A DNA stretch of 64,000 nt from Eledone cirrhosa (lineage: Eukaryota): positions 34,720,001-34,784,000 of the forward strand of contig OZ024752.1 in NCBI GenBank assembly GCA_964016885.1, written 5' to 3'. Numbering within the stretch: position 1 is the stretch's first letter; every line of letters begins with the position of its first letter. The notes beneath the pieces are model-generated. The model saw only the letters and a program-made list of their open reading frames with translations, had not been told where the DNA came from and searched no databases. The translations under genes were made by a program, and so were the position numbers. Below are positions 11,345 through 25,951 of this stretch, piece by piece.

Positions 11345-13916
11345 CTACAGGCGTATACTCAGAGCGGGCCCGTTCACTCGGACCAGACTCGCCACTTTCA
11401 CCCACCTTTCAACAAACTTACTAGAAGACAGCACTTGCTTCTCCACCCTGATTTTCCTCTTCAAGTGAAACTTGAAAAAGTTTATCAGGGATTGGCCGAA
11501 GAGGAAAGTGTCCGCCTTCAACCCTTTCAACCTTGTCCATCACACAATCTCTTTCGCCATGTCCACCACGCAGATGAAAACTGCCTGCCCTTCCTCCTCT
11601 TTAAAGGAGGATGGCGGGGCTATCTGCACAATGGACTCAGTCGATAACCGGATCCGTCCTACACGCGACAGCAGCTGTTCGACATAGCTCCACAAGTCAG
11701 CAATCCTCGGGCACTGAACGAGTGCGTGCAGGACGGTTTCGTCACCCTGCGCACATCTCGGACAGGCTCGACTGACAGCACTTCCGTGCCTGTAGAGCTT
11801 ATCCCGAACCGGCAACGCTCTCCGGTAGCACTGCCAGGCCAGGGATTTCTGGAAGTTGTCCATATTCCCCGGCCTGAAAGTTCTCTTGAAGAGAGCGAAC
11901 AGCTGATCGCCTTCGACGCCCAGGGTCTCCCCGAGAACGTCGTCGCTCTTTCCCTCCACTAGCCCTCTATAGAACGCCGAGGTGGATGTTCCACCGATAC
12001 TAGTGTCCAGCCGGTAGAGAGCAGTGAGTGCTTGGAGACATTCCAGCTTCCAAGCGCTATCCCTCGGTCTTTTCCTGATCCAGGACTGCAGCTCCGCCAA
12101 GGAGACGAGCTGGGGAAAAGCGCGTCTGGCAAACGGCGACCACACCTGTTCACCGTCAAGGAAGCACCAGAGATGTCGCAGCCTCAGCGCATGTTTGCGC
12201 ATCATCAGCCACGGCATGCCTAGTCCTCCACGCAACGGATGTTGACAGCAAATGGATCGTCTGAAAGGGAGCACGTCCCTTCCACAAAAAGCGGAAGAGA
12301 AGGCGCTCCATTTTGCTAACACCTTGGCCAAAATCTTAAACTCTGCGTTTAGCAGTTATGGGCCTGAAGTTGTCTATAACATACCCCTTGTTCGGGTCTT
12401 TTCTCAGCAGCGCCACCGCTCCCCGGCTCACAAAACTGGGAATGCTCCCGTTCTGCTGCCAGTTGCAGTAGACATCTGCCAAGAGGTCGCCGAACAAGTC
12501 TGGCATATACGCATAAAGCTCGTAGGGCAGACCATCCAAACCTGGCGATTTACCCCTCGTGCAGTCAGACATCGCGCCCTGTATTTCACCTGCTGTTATC
12601 GGCTTTTCGCAGCACTGCGCTGCGGTCGTCGAGAGCCGCGGCAGTCCGTCGAGGTATGCACGGAAGTCCATACTCCGATCCGGCCCGCCGCCGCTCCCGA
12701 ACAATTGAGCAAAGTGCTGTTGAAAAGCCGCACACATCTGCTCGGGTTCGAGCAACATGCACCCGTTTTGATCAGGCATAGACCGAATTGCGGACTTGTT
12801 GCCACGTCGCGCCTCCACCACCCGGGCCCATTGAACGGCTTTCGTCCCCTCGTGCCTTAGAGCACGCGCTCTAGCTCTGACAACGCAGCCTTCATGCTTT
12901 GCGTTGAAGAATTGGTCGAGTGCCAATCTCGCCGCAAGCACGTCGGTTGCGATGCCTGTCCTAAACGCCTCTTCTAGCTTTCTACCTAACTCTCCCTCTA
13001 CTCTATTTTCCTCTATCATTACTCCTTTGCTAAACCTTATCGATTCTACTCTAATAGCCCTTTTCAGGGTAAACCACCACCTGTTGTTGACGATCGCACC
13101 CGTCAACGCACGCTTAACTAATTCGCTAATCCGGTCTCTGTAAGCTTTGAGCGCCGGGAACGACGCGTTCAGCTTCCAGTAGCCGGGCCCTTGCCTATGG
13201 AGTCTATCTAAGTCAACTTCACAGATCACAAATGTGTGGTTCGTGTTGTCGACTACTTTAAATTGTGGACAACCTACACTAGCCTTATCTGTTTCCCTAC
13301 AGAATATCCTATCTAAATACGATCTGGATCACCCGATGCGGTTTGTCCATGTCCACATTGGCACATTCGGATAATCCAGTCTATACCTGTCAGACAGTTC
13401 AAAATATCTGAGCAGGTTGTTGAGGCTTTTACACCCTCCTGCCCTGTCTACTAGCTCCACATAATCCCAGCGTGCATCTAAGATACCGTTCCAGTCGCCC
13501 ACTAACACGAAAGAGCGGGACGTTCCAAGAAAGGTCTCTAGACATCTGAAGAAATCAGGCCGTCCTGCCCCTGTTGGGGCGTAGACGGCTACTAGCCTGA
13601 AAGCATTGCCTTCGCTGCCGGTCACGTCCAGCACCACCGACTTACCTTCTGGGTCCAGGAAGATGGCCCGTATGGCGAGATCCAAGCCTCTCCGAAAAAG
13701 CACGGCAACTCCTTCCCCCGATCCTGGACGGCTGGAAGATGCCTATACATCGTAGCCGCCGAAGATCGGTGCGAAGGCTCGTGCTTCGGAGATTCTGGTC
13801 TCGCTGATGGCTACCACATCTATGTTTAGTGACCTGGGGTCGTTGAGCAGGTAACCCTGCTTCCAAGATGACTCCAGGCCACGTACATTTATACTGCCTA
13901 TTCTAACTACGGCCAT
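11345..13916 (-). pseudogene. Tx1 ORF2 (endonuclease / reverse transcriptase / zinc finger), frameshifted, RT core deleted
   Basis: MAVVRIGSINVRGL start; VYAPT, LVGDWN, GPGYWKLN, KSPGLDGLPYELY, NFRPI..KILAKVLAK; then jumps at about 12310 to ERLLFRFLWKG..CQHPLRGGLGMP; CPRCAQGDETVLHALVQCP. Confidence 0.9.
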
Positions 13917-13949
13917 GTTGGATGAGAAATGGGGTAGGTGAGAAAGGAT

Positions 13950-15613
13950 TACTTACCTTGATCGTGTGGTGAAGGGACAGTAGAACCGTCCCTTTGGCTG
14001 GTCATGGGTATTTCCAAGAGGATGTCGGTGTATATCCTCTTGGTAACCGACCCTCTGAAGTCTCCAACTGCGTTGGGAAATTTTTGCTTTAAAAGTTTGT
14101 AATGTTCTATTGAGATTTCAATGATGCTTATCTTTGTCGGGAGAGTTCTTGGTGTTGGTGGTGTGTAGTAGTTTTTTTCTGTGATGTCTGTGCTGCTTTA
14201 TGTGTTGTAGGAGTTCTTTATTTGCCATGTTTATGGCTGTGTACTTATGGGGGGGGGGGGGGGCGATTTTGTTGCTGTTTTCTTGTTGTTGCTGTTTTCT
14301 TGTTGTTGCTGTTTTCTTGTTGTTGCTGTGGGGTGTGTGTGTTTTGTTGTTTGCGATGTTGGTGTTTTTGGTGATGCTGGTGGTGTGGTTGTTGTTTTTG
14401 GTGATGCTGGTGGTGTGGTTGTTGTTGGTGGTGATGCTTGTGGAGGTGATAGTGATGATGGTGGTGTTGCTGCAAGTCTCCTTGGAGCCTTTACCCCTCT
14501 TTGTCTGCCTTCGCTTTTGGAGGGCTAAGCTAAGGGTTTTTTTTCTTTTTTCTTTTTTTGTGGCAGACCGTTTGCCACTTCCCTCCCGCCTCACACTCCA
14601 TGTCGGACCCCGCGACGTCCGGGGGCCCTCTTCTTGGATGCCCTGAGGTGACCCTTCTGCCTACAGAGGTAGCACTTTGGGCGCTTTCCTTCCACGCTTA
14701 TAGGGAGATGGAGACCTTCTTCGAGGTCTATGAGGTATGGGCATGTCGGGCGGGACCTGGGTCACTTTGACTCTCACGATTTTCTGCCCGCAGTAGGAGG
14801 GCACCAAGACTATCTCCTCACTCTTTAGGGTTTCCAAAGAGTGAGACGTCGCCTCTTGCGGAGTGGCGAAAAGTACGTCTACTGTGCCGTAATTTTTTCC
14901 TCGGGTGATGTGGGTTTTGCGCGCCCAGACGCACCCCAAGGCCTTTTGGATTTGAGCCTCCGTGGCTCTCTCACCTGATGCGACATTTTGCTTACTTTGC
15001 TTACGGTGCGGTAAGTCACCGTGCGCAGTTGCTGGTCTTTGAAGAAATTGGGTGGAGGTTTCAGGGAAACCCTGTTGTCGTTTCTCGACACCATGGCTCT
15101 TGCGACTGCCATCTCCTCCTCCGTGATTAGCACTGTTTCTATATTTCCGGCCACACCAGCGAAAGAAGTGGCCCTTTTTCAGCGGCACCATTATTGCTGC
15201 CGCTACTGGTGTTGTTGTTGGTGTTGTTGCTGTTGCTACTGCTACGAACGGTGTTGTTGCTGTTATCACTGTTGTAGTTGATTGTGTTTTTGGTGCCACC
15301 GTTGTTGTTGTTGTTTTCGGTGCAATTTGTATTGTTGCTGTTGTTGTTGTCGTTGTTTATTTTCTTGTTAGTGGTGTTAATATCGTTGTTGCATTTGTTG
15401 TCATTTTTTTCTGTTGTCTGTATTTTGGTTGACGCTGTTATTGTTGTAGTTGGTGTGGTAATTATTTCAAAATTAGTGTTCTCAGTGTTGCTGTCTTTGT
15501 TCACGTTGTTTGTGGTGGTGTCTGTTGTAACAAATTTTGTAACCCTCCTCTCAACCTTTACGCCGCTGTCAGACGACAGCAGACATATTGCTGGGGGGGG
15601 CGTGATCAGCCAT
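13950..15613 (-). pseudogene. Tx1 ORF1, broken by microsatellite-associated frameshifts
   Basis: Overlapping minus-strand ORFs upstream of ORF2; N/T/Q-rich low-complexity segments around a globular part (THITRGKNYGTVDVLFATPQEA...VRVKVTQVPP); boundaries approximate. Confidence 0.7.
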
Positions 15614-15862
15614 GTTTTTTTTTTGTTTTTTTTTTGTTTTTTTTTTGTTTTTTTTTTGTTTTTTTTAAAGTAAAATGTTCAAATATTTGGCCCTTTTGGC
15701 CCAAATATTTTACTTTCCCCTTGACAGGGCAAAGTCTAAGGGCTTATATCCCTTACACAACAAGAAATATTTAACACCAAATAATTTTAAGAGGCAAATA
15801 AAGCGACTTACTGGGAGCGAGCAAAAGGCGTCCGAACAGACCGATAATAATAATAATAATAA

Positions 15863-16049
15863 TTGTTTCTACTTTTGGCACAAGGCCAGCAATTATCCAG
15901 TGCATTACTGGTACTTTATTTTATCGACCCCGTAAGGATGAAAGGCAAAGTCAACCTCGGCGGGATTTGAACTCAGATCGTAAAGGGACGTAACTATGCT
16001 GGAAAGCATGGCGTCCGACTCTCCACCGATACTGCCAATCCACCGCCCG
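15863..16049 (-). mobile_element. tRNA-derived SINE
   Basis: Reverse-complement full copy. Confidence 0.9.
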
Positions 16050-17379
16050 ACTACTCCTACTACTACTACTACTACTACTAATAATAATAATAATAATAAT
16101 AATATTTTTTTTTATTTGTCTTGTCTTGAAAATTACAAAAATAGAACATAATAATATAGTAGTAGAATATATATATATAGTGTATATATATATATATATA
16201 GTTTATATGTATATATATATACACTATATATGTATATATATATACATATACACTATATATATACACTATATATATATATACACTATATACATATACACTA
16301 TATATATACACTATATATATATATACACTATATACATATACACTATATATATACACTATATATATATATTTATAGGAAGAGGACACATAAACACACGCAT
16401 ACGTAATGGAATCGTAATCTATATATGAATGGTGTATATAAGGAAAGAAAAAAAAAAGAAAGAGAGAGAAGACATATTAAATTGAAAAGGGTGTGGGGGA
16501 AAAATATGGTAAAGAAGAATTGAGGAAAGAGAAAGGAGATAAAAGGGTCGATTAAAGTAGGAAATATATCAGTATGTGATCCACTCCCTAAATAATATGC
16601 TTCTTCTGTCTAATTAATGTATACTTATATAAGGTGTGGCTTCCTCAACTGGTCATTATCCACGTTGGTAGAAAGAATAGCAGACGGTATTGTCGTCTGC
16701 TTCAGACGAATGAAAACTATTCAACTGGCAATTGCAAGGCCGGAATATTTTGACAGTGTATATTATATGTGAATCTATAGCGAATTAGGTGAAGGTGAGT
16801 GGCTTTAGTGGTTAGAGAACTGGATTCGTAATCGTAAGGTTAGAGTTCGATTCTCGGTCTGGACGAGGAAGAAACTTTATTTCATGTTGCTCTTTACTGC
16901 CAAGAGTTACGAACGGTAGATAGTATCAGCAATGGAATTTAAAACAAAAAAAAACAATGGAAACATTGTTTCCTTGGGCCGATTTGACGTGTTCCACCCT
17001 AACTCGGTAAGCGAATGAGATATAGGATCTTGTCGATCGATTTAAGTGAAGTCGCGTGGCCTTAGTGGTTTGATGTATTCGGCTCACTTTTGTAACTTTT
17101 CAGATTTAATTCTGGGTTACGCGTTGTGTTATTTGATAACACCAAAGCTTTAATCAGTGAATAAACATTAAAGATTTGGTTCATAAATATCAAAAACATT
17201 TATAATGCAGTTTATAAATATATACAGCCAGATACCTCTTTGTGACTTTTTACATTAACTGACATGAAAATATAAAGCCAAGAATAGGATTGATATAACA
17301 GACGAATGGAAATTGAGATGTATGTTGTGTGATAAATAAATATATACATATACTAAAAAATAGTCTAAAGTCTGTCTTA

Positions 17380-18305
17380 AACCAGAAAGCTATTTTGGCT
17401 TATCCCGGAATGATTTGCTTATTCCGGTTTCATGACGTGAAGCCACTGGGAGACAAGACGTCAGTCCATCGCAGGGTTAAACCCCCAGCTATTGCTGCTA
17501 CTCATTTCCAGCTGAGTATACAGGAGCAAGCCTCCACGCAGAGTTAAACCCCCAGCTATTGCTGGTACTCATTTTCAGCTGAGTATACAGGAGCAAGCCT
17601 CCACGCAGGGTTAAACTCCCAGCTATTGCTGGTACTCATTGTCAGCTGAGTATACAGGAGCAAGCCTCCACGCAGAGTTAAACCCCCAGCTATTGCTGGT
17701 ACTCATTTCCAGCTGAGTATACAGGAGCAAGCCTCCACGCAGAGTTAAACCCCCAGCTATTGCTGGTACTCATTTGCAGCTGAGTATACAGGAGCAAGCC
17801 TCCACGCAGAGTTAAACCCCCAGCTATTGCTGGTACTCATTGTCAGCTGAGTATACAGGAGCAAGCCTCAACGCAGAGTTAAACCCCCAGCTATTGCTGG
17901 TACTCATTGTCAGCTGAGTATACAGGAGCAAGCCTCCACGCAGGGTTAAACCCCCAGCTATTGCTGGTACTCATTGTCAGCTGAGTATACAGGAGCAAGC
18001 CTCAACGCAGAGTTAAACCCCCAGCTATTGCTGGTACTCATTGTCAGCTGAGTATACAGGAGCAAGCCTCCACGCAGGGTTAAACCCCCAGCTATTGCTG
18101 GTACTCATTTTCAGCTAAGTATACAGGAGCAAGCCTCCACGCAGAGTTAAACCCCCAGCTCTTGCTGGTACACATTTTCAGCTGAATATACTGGAGCAAC
18201 GGGAAATGAAGTGTTTTGCTCAAGAACACAACACGTCACCCAGGAAGCGAACCCACGACACTATAATCGTAAATCCAACACCCTTACCACTAGGCCACGT
18301 GCCTC
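17380..18305 (-). mobile_element. CORE-type SINE containing an internal 67-bp minisatellite (about 11 copies, 17471-18198)
   Basis: tRNA head GGCACGTGGCCTAGTGGTAAG at about 18303, CORE-like GTTCTTGAGCAAAACACTT; unit markers at 17531 and 17598; unexpanded relatives at 32960-33130 and 63453-63830. Confidence 0.8.
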
Positions 18306-18633
18306 TACCATAATACATATACACCAGGTACGAACACAATGGAACCAAACTCCCACTGTCATTGCCTTCATCTCTCCCACTCTCCACATCTCTCACTATT
18401 ATGCGCAAATTGAGGCCCACACAACCGTAACTGGCAATCGAGTAGAACTTGGTAGAATTACCATGATTGCGCTAAGTGTTTTAGGTGGCCGTACAGCCAC
18501 GAGTAGACAGAAACAGACACACTGTTCCTTCCCCTTACCTTGGTTCAGGGAAACACCCAGGAGGTGACAACTGTGGAGGGCTGTACCAACACAGAGCTGG
18601 TACTTGGTTTATTGACCCTGAAGGGATAAAAGA

Positions 18634-21600
18634 CACCACCACCACCACCACCACTACCACCACCGCCATCATCACCACCATCACAACCATTACCACCACC
18701 ATCACCACCACCACCATTACCATTAACACCACCGCCATTACAACCATCATCACCACCACCACCGCCATTACCATCACCACCACCACCACCACCATTACCA
18801 CCACCATTACCACCACCGCCATCATCACCACCACCACCGCCATTACCACCACCATCACCACCACCACCACCATTACCATTACCGCCATTACTACCACCAC
18901 CACTACTACTACCACCACCAACACCACTATCACCAGCAGTGACAGCAGCAGCAGTTCCACTAGCAGCAACAGTGGCAGCAGTAGCAGTAACACTAACAAC
19001 AGCACCATCAGTACCAGCAGCAACAGCAGCGCCACCATCAGTACCAGCAGCAACAGCAGCAGCACCAACAGTACCAGCAACAACAGCAGCACCACCATCA
19101 GTACCAGCAGCACCACCATCAGTACCAGCAGCAACAGCAGCACCACCATCAGTACCAGCAGCAACAGCAGCACCACCAACAGTACCAGCAACAACAGCAG
19201 CACCACCATCAGTACCAGCAGCAACAACAGCACCATCAGTACCAGCAGCAACAGCAGCACCACCATCAGTACCAGCAACAACAGCAGCACCACCACCAGT
19301 ACCAGCAGCAACAGCAGCACCACTATCAGTACCAGCAACAACAGCAGCACCACCATCAGTACCAGCAGCAACAGCAGCACCACCATCAGTACCAGCAGCA
19401 ACAGCAGCACCACCATCAGTACCAGCAGCAACAGCAGCACCACCACCAGTACCAGAAGCAACAGCAGCACCACCATCAGTACCAGCAGCAACAGCAGCAC
19501 CACCATCAATACCAGCCGCAACAGCAGCACCACCACCAGTACCAGCAGCAACAGCAGCACCACCATCAGTACCAGCAGCAACAGCGGCACCACCATCAGT
19601 ACCAGCAACAACAGCAGCACCACCATCAGTACCAGCAGCAACAGAGGCACCACCATCAGTACCAGCAGCAACAGCAGCAACACCATCAGTACCAGCAACA
19701 ACAGCAGCACCACCATCAGTACCAGCCGCAACAGAGGCACCACCATCAGTACCAGCAACAACAGCAGCACCACCACCAGTACCAGCAACAACAGCAGCAC
19801 CACCACCAGTATCAGCAGCAACAGCAGCACCACCATCAGTACCAGCAGCAACAGCAGCACCACCACCAGTACCAGCAACACAGCAGCACCACCACCAGTA
19901 CCAGCCGCAACAGCAGCACCACCACCAGTAGCAGCAGCAACAGCAGCACCACCACCAGTACCAGCCGCAACAGCAGCACCACCACCAGTACCAGCAGCAA
20001 CAGCAGCACCACCATCAGTACCAGCAGCAACAGCAGCACCACCACCAGTACCAGCAACACAGCAGCACCACCACCAGTACCAGCCGCAACAGCAGCACCA
20101 CCACCAGTAGCAGCAGCAACAGCAGCACCACCATCAGTACCAGCAACAACAGCAGCACCACCATCAGTACCAGCAGCAACAGCAGCACCACCACCAGTAC
20201 CAGCAGCAACAGCGGCACCACCATCAGTACCAGCAACAACAGCAGCACCACCATCAGTACCAGCCGCAACAGCAGCACCACCACCAGTACCAGCAGCAAC
20301 AGCAGCACCACCACCAGTACCAGCAGCAACAGCAGCACCACCATCAGTACCAGCCGCAACAGCAGCACCACCACCAGTACCAGCAACAACAGCAGCACCA
20401 CCACCAGTACCAGCAGCAACAGCAGCACCACCATCAGTACCAGCCGCAACAGCAGCACCACCACCAGTACCAGCAACAACAGCAGCACCACCACCAGTAC
20501 CAGCAACAACAGCAGCACCACCATCAGTACCAGCAGCAACAGCAGCACCACCACCAGTAGCAGCAGCAACAGCAGCACCACCATCAGTACCAGCCGCAAC
20601 AGCAGCACCACCACCAGTACCAGCCGCAACAGCAGCACCACCACCAGTACCAGCAACAGCAGCAGCACCACCACCAGTACCAGCAGCAACAGCAGCACCA
20701 CCATCAGTACCAGCAGCAACAGCAGCACCACCACCAGTACCAGCAACAACAGCAGCACCACCATCAGTACCAGCAGCAACAGCAGCACCACCATCAGTAC
20801 CAGCAGCAACAGCAGCACCACCATCAGTACCAGCCGCAACAGCAGCACCACCATCAGTACCAGCAGCAACAGCAGCACCACCACCAGTACCAGCAGCAAC
20901 AGCAGCACCACCATCAGTACCAGCAGCAACATCAGCACCACCATCAGTACCAGCAACAACAGCAGCACCACCACCAGTACCAGCCGCAACAGCAGCACCA
21001 CCACCAGTACCAGCAGCAACAGCAGCACCACCATCAGTACCAGCAGCAACAGCAGCACCACCACCAGTACCAGCAACAACAGCAGCACCACCATCAGTAC
21101 CAGCAGCAACAGCAGCACCACCACCAGTACCAGCAGCAACATCAGCACCACCATCAGTACCAGCAACAACAGCAGCACCACCATCAGTACCAGCAACAAC
21201 AGCAGCACCACCAACAGTACCAGCAACAACAGCAGCACCACCACCAGTACCAGCAACAACAGCAGCACCACCATCAGTACCAGCAACAACAGCAGCACCA
21301 CCACCAGTACCAGCAACAACAGCAGCACCACCACCAGTACCAGCAGCAACAGCAGCACCACCACCAGTACCAGCAGCAACATCAGCACCACCATCAGTAC
21401 CAGCAAGAACAGCAGCACCACCACCAGTACCAGCAGCAACAGCAGCACCACCATCAGTACCAGCAGCAACATCAGCACCACCATCAGTACCAGCAACAAC
21501 AGCAGCACCACCATCAGTACCAGCAACAACAGTAGCACCACCATCAGTACCAGCAGCACCACCATCAGTACCAGCAGCAACATCAGCACCACCATCAGTA

Positions 21601-24600
21601 CCAGCAACAACAGCAGCACCACCAACAGTACCAGCAACAACAGCAGCACCACCACCAGTACCAGCAACAACAGCAGCACCACCAACAGTACCAGCAACAA
21701 CAGCAGCACCACCATCAGTACCAGCAACAACAGCAGCACCACCATCAGTACCAGCCGCAACAGCAGCACCACCACCAGTACCAGCCGCAACAGCAGCACC
21801 ACCATCAGTACCAGCAACAACAGCAGCACCACCACCAGTACCAGCAACAACAGCAGCACCACCATCAGTACCAGCAACAACAGCAGCACCACCATCAGTA
21901 CCAGCAACAACAGCAGCACCACCATCAGTACCAGCAGCAACAGCAGCACCACCACCAGTACCAGCCGCAACAGCAGCACCACCACCAGTACCAGCAACAA
22001 TAGCAGCACCCCCATCAGTACCAGCAGCAACAGCAGCACCACCATCAGTACCAGCAGCAACAGCAGCACCACCATCAGTACCAGCAGCAACAGCAGCACC
22101 ACCATCAGTACCAGCAGCAACAGCAGCACCACCACCAGTACCAGCCGCAACAGCAGCACCACCACCAGTACCAGCAACAACAGCAGCACCACCACCAGTA
22201 CCAGCAACAACAGCAGCACCACCATCAGTACCAGCAGCAACAGCAGCACCACCATCAGTACCAGCAGCAACAGCAGCACCCCCACCAGTACCAGCAACAA
22301 CAGCAGCACCACCATCAGTACCAGCCGCAACAGCAGCACCACCATCAGTACCACCAACAACAGCAGCACCACCATCAGTACCAGCCGCAACAGCAGCACC
22401 ACCATCAGAACCAGCAGCAACAGCAGCACCACCATCAGTACCAGCAACAACAGCAGCACCACCATCAGTACCAGCCGCAACAGCAGCAGCACCATCAGTA
22501 CCAGCAGCAACAGCAGCACCCCCATCAGTACCAGCAGCAACAGCAGCAGCACCATCAGTACCAGCAGCAATAGAGGCACCACCATCAGTACCAGCAGCAA
22601 CAGCAGCACCACCACCAGTACCAGCAGCCACAGCAGCACCACCACCAGTACCAGCAGCAACAGCACCACCACCAACAGTACCAGCAACAAAAGCAGCACC
22701 ACCATCAGTACCAGCAGCAACAGCAGCACCACCATGAGTACCAGCAGCAACAGCAGCACCACCATCAGTACCAGCAGCAACAGCAGCACCCCCATCAGTA
22801 CCAGCAACAACAGCACCACCATCAGTACCAGCAGCAACAGCAGCACCACCACCAGTACCAGCAACAACAGCACCACCATCAGTACCAGCAGCAACAGCAG
22901 CACCACCATCAGTACCAGCAGCACCACCAACAGTACCAGCAGCAACACCACCAGTAGCAGCAGCACCACCATCAGTAACAGCAGCAACAGCGGCACCACC
23001 ATCAGTACCAGCAACAACAGCAGCACCACCATCAGTACCAGCCGCAACAGCAGCACCACCACCAGTACCAGCAACAACGGTAGCACCACCATCAGTACCA
23101 GCAGTACCAGCAGCACCACCATCAGTACCAGCAGCAACAGCAGCACCACCATCAGTACCAGCAGCAACAGCAGCACCACCACCAGTAGCAGCAACAACAG
23201 CAGCACCACCATCAGTACCAGCAGCAACAGCAGCACCACCATCAGTACCAGCACCACCATCAGTACCAGCAACAACAGCAGCACCACCACCAGTACCAGC
23301 CGCAACAGCAGCACCACCACCAGTAGCAGCAGCAACAGCAGCACCACCATCAGTACCAGCAGCAACAGCAGCACCACCATCAGTACCAGCCGCAACAGCA
23401 GCACCACCATCAGTACCAGCCGCAACAGCAGCACCACCATCAGTACCAGCAGCAACAGCAGCACCACCATCAGTACCAGCAACAACAGCAGCACCACCAT
23501 CAGTATCAGCAACAACAGTAGCACCACCATCAGTACCAGCAGCAACAGCAGCACCACCATCAGTACCAGCAACAACAGTAGCACCACCATCAGTACCAGC
23601 AGCACCACCTTCAGTACCAGCAGCAACAGTAGCACCACCATCAGTACCAGCAGCAACAGCAGCACCATCATCAGTACCAGCAGCAAGAGCAGCACCACCA
23701 TCAGTACCAGCAGCAACAGCAGCACCACCATCAGTACCAACAGCACCACCATCAGTATCAGCAGCAACACCAGCACCACCATCAGTACCAGCAGCACCAC
23801 CATCAGTACCAGCAGCAACAGCAGCACCACCACCAGTACCTGCAGCACCACCATCAGTACCAGCAGCACCACCATCAGTACCAGCAGCAACAGCAGCACC
23901 ACCACCAGTACCAGCACCACCACCATCAGTACCAGCAGCACCACCATCAGTACCAGCAGCAACAGCAGCACCACCAGCAGTACCAGCAACAACAGCAGCA
24001 CCACCATCAGTACCAGCAACAACAGCAGCACCACCATCAGTACCAGCAGCAACAGAGGCGCCACCATCAGTACCAGCAGCAACAGCAGCACCACCACCAG
24101 TACCAGCAACAGCAGCAGCACCACCATCAGTACCAGCAGCAATAGCAGCACCACCATCAGTATCAGCAGCAACAGCAGCACCACCAACAGTACCAGCAAC
24201 AACAGCAGCACCACCATCAGTACCAGCAGCAACAGCAGCACCACCATCAGTACCAGCAGCAACAGCAGCACCACCACCAGTACCAGCAACAACAGCAGCA
24301 CCACCATCAGTATCAGCAGCAACAGCAGCACCACCAACAGTACCAGCAACAACAGCAGCACCACCATCAGTACCAGCAGCAACAGCAGCACCACCATCAG
24401 TACCAGCAGCAACAGCAGCACCACCACCAGTACCAGCAACAACAGCAGCACCACCATCAGTACCAGCAGCAACAGCAGCACCACCATCAGTACCAGCAGC
24501 AACAGCAGCACCACCACCAGTACCAGCAACAACAGCAGCACCACCATCAGTACCAGCAGCAACAGCAGCACCATCACCAGTACCAGCAGCAACAGCATCA

Positions 24601-24630
24601 CCGCCATCAGCACCAGCAGCAACAGCAGCA
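18634..24630. repeat. (ACC)n grading into a 30-bp CAG/CAC-rich minisatellite (about 5.7 kb)
   Basis: Unit CCATCAGTACCAGCAGCAACAGCAGCACCA; open in several frames on both strands. Confidence 0.95.
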
Positions 24631-24767
24631 GTGTGATAATCTCTAAACTCCAACTCAACACATCCAAGCCAACTTATGTATTATCAGTTCTACTCAGCAG
24701 GGGCTGTGTTTTCCTGTTGAATTAATGTCATATCTATTTACTTGTCAAACGAAATATACTGAAGGTA

Positions 24768-25665
24768 CCCTCTCATCCCCCTCTCACTTACCCTCTCTCT
24801 TACCCTCACCCCTCTCTCTTACCCTCACCCCTCTCTCACCCTCTCACCCCTCTCTCACCCTCAGCCTCTCTGCCCCTTCTCCACCTCTCACCCCTCTCTC
24901 ACCCTCAGCCTCTCTGCCCCTTCTCCCCCTCTCTCACCTGTCTTACCCTCACCCCTCTCTCACCCTCAGCCTCTCTGCCCCTTCTCCCCCTCTGTCACTT
25001 CTCTTACCCTCAGCCTCTCTGCCCCTTCTCCCCTTCTCTCACCTCACTTACCCTCACCCCTCTCTCACCCTCAGCCTCTCTGCCCCTTCTCCCCCTCTCT
25101 CACCTCTCTTACCCTCACCCCTCTCTCACCCTCAGCCTCTCTGCCCCTTCTCCCCCTCTCGCACCTCTCTCACCCTCAGCCTCTGTTCCTTCTCCCCTCT
25201 CTTACCCTCACCGCTCTCACCTTGATCCCTCTCTCTCATCCTCCCCTCACCTCTCTCACCGTCATCCCTCTCTCTCTCATCCTCACCACCCCTCCCTCAC
25301 CTCTTCTCTCATCCATTCTCTCCCTCTCACCCTCTCTGTCCCTTCTCTCCCTCTGTCCGTCTTCTCATTCTCTATCTCTCCCTCACTTACCTCTCTCTCT
25401 CACCCTCATCAGCTCTGTTCCCTTCTCCCCCGCCCCTCTCTCTTCTGCCCGTCTTCTCACTCTGTACCCTCTCCCTCCCCCCTCCTTCTCTCTACCTCAG
25501 TCCTCTCTTCCGCCATCCCTCCCTTAGCCTTATATCCTCACTCTCTACCCCTCCCTCCCTCCTCTCACTATCCCTCTCCTCTGTCCCATCTGCCCTCCTC
25601 TCTCTCCCACTCCTCTCACCCCCTCTCTCTCTCTTCCCTCTCCCCTCTGTCTCATCCCCCCCCCC
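24768..25665. repeat. CT-rich low-complexity / degenerate minisatellite
   Basis: Repeats of CTCACCCTCAGCCTCTCTGCCCCTTCTCC. Confidence 0.85.
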
Positions 25666-25920
25666 TTTGCCCCTTCTGCTCCACCGTTCAACGACAGATA
25701 TTTTATCGTTCGTATTAACATGTTTGCTGGTCAACTGTTTAAGACTTTCACAATCTGGAGCCATTTTGAAAAAAAAAAACACAGGAGTTCAACTCAACGT
25801 TTGTTTTATGTGTTATGTTTTTATATTTACATATGAATCCCGCCGAGGTCAACTTCTCTTCTCATTCTTTCGAGATGTGGGGGTGGGGGCAATAAAATAA
25901 AGATACCAGTCCAGGAGTGG

Positions 25921-25951
<31 letters not shown>

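Larger units (their letters stand above)
11081..15844 (-). mobile_element. Near-full-length Tx1/L1-clade non-LTR retrotransposon in (AAT)n, internally deleted
   Basis: Has 5' UTR, ORF1, ORF2 (APE endonuclease, RT N-terminus, CCHC finger) and AATAAA at the 3' end; (AAT)n on both sides (11060-11080, 15845-15863). Confidence 0.92.

Noticed and set aside
16790-17130. tRNA-like sequences with A and B boxes
   Set aside because: No cloverleaf completes; they match decayed SINE heads
18485-24725. Very long ORFs (up to 1605 aa) resembling mucin or antifreeze proteins
   Set aside because: The 30-bp repeat is open in several frames on both strands, has frame-breaking indels (about 19880 and 20058), and has SINE-derived flanks; no signal peptide or splice support
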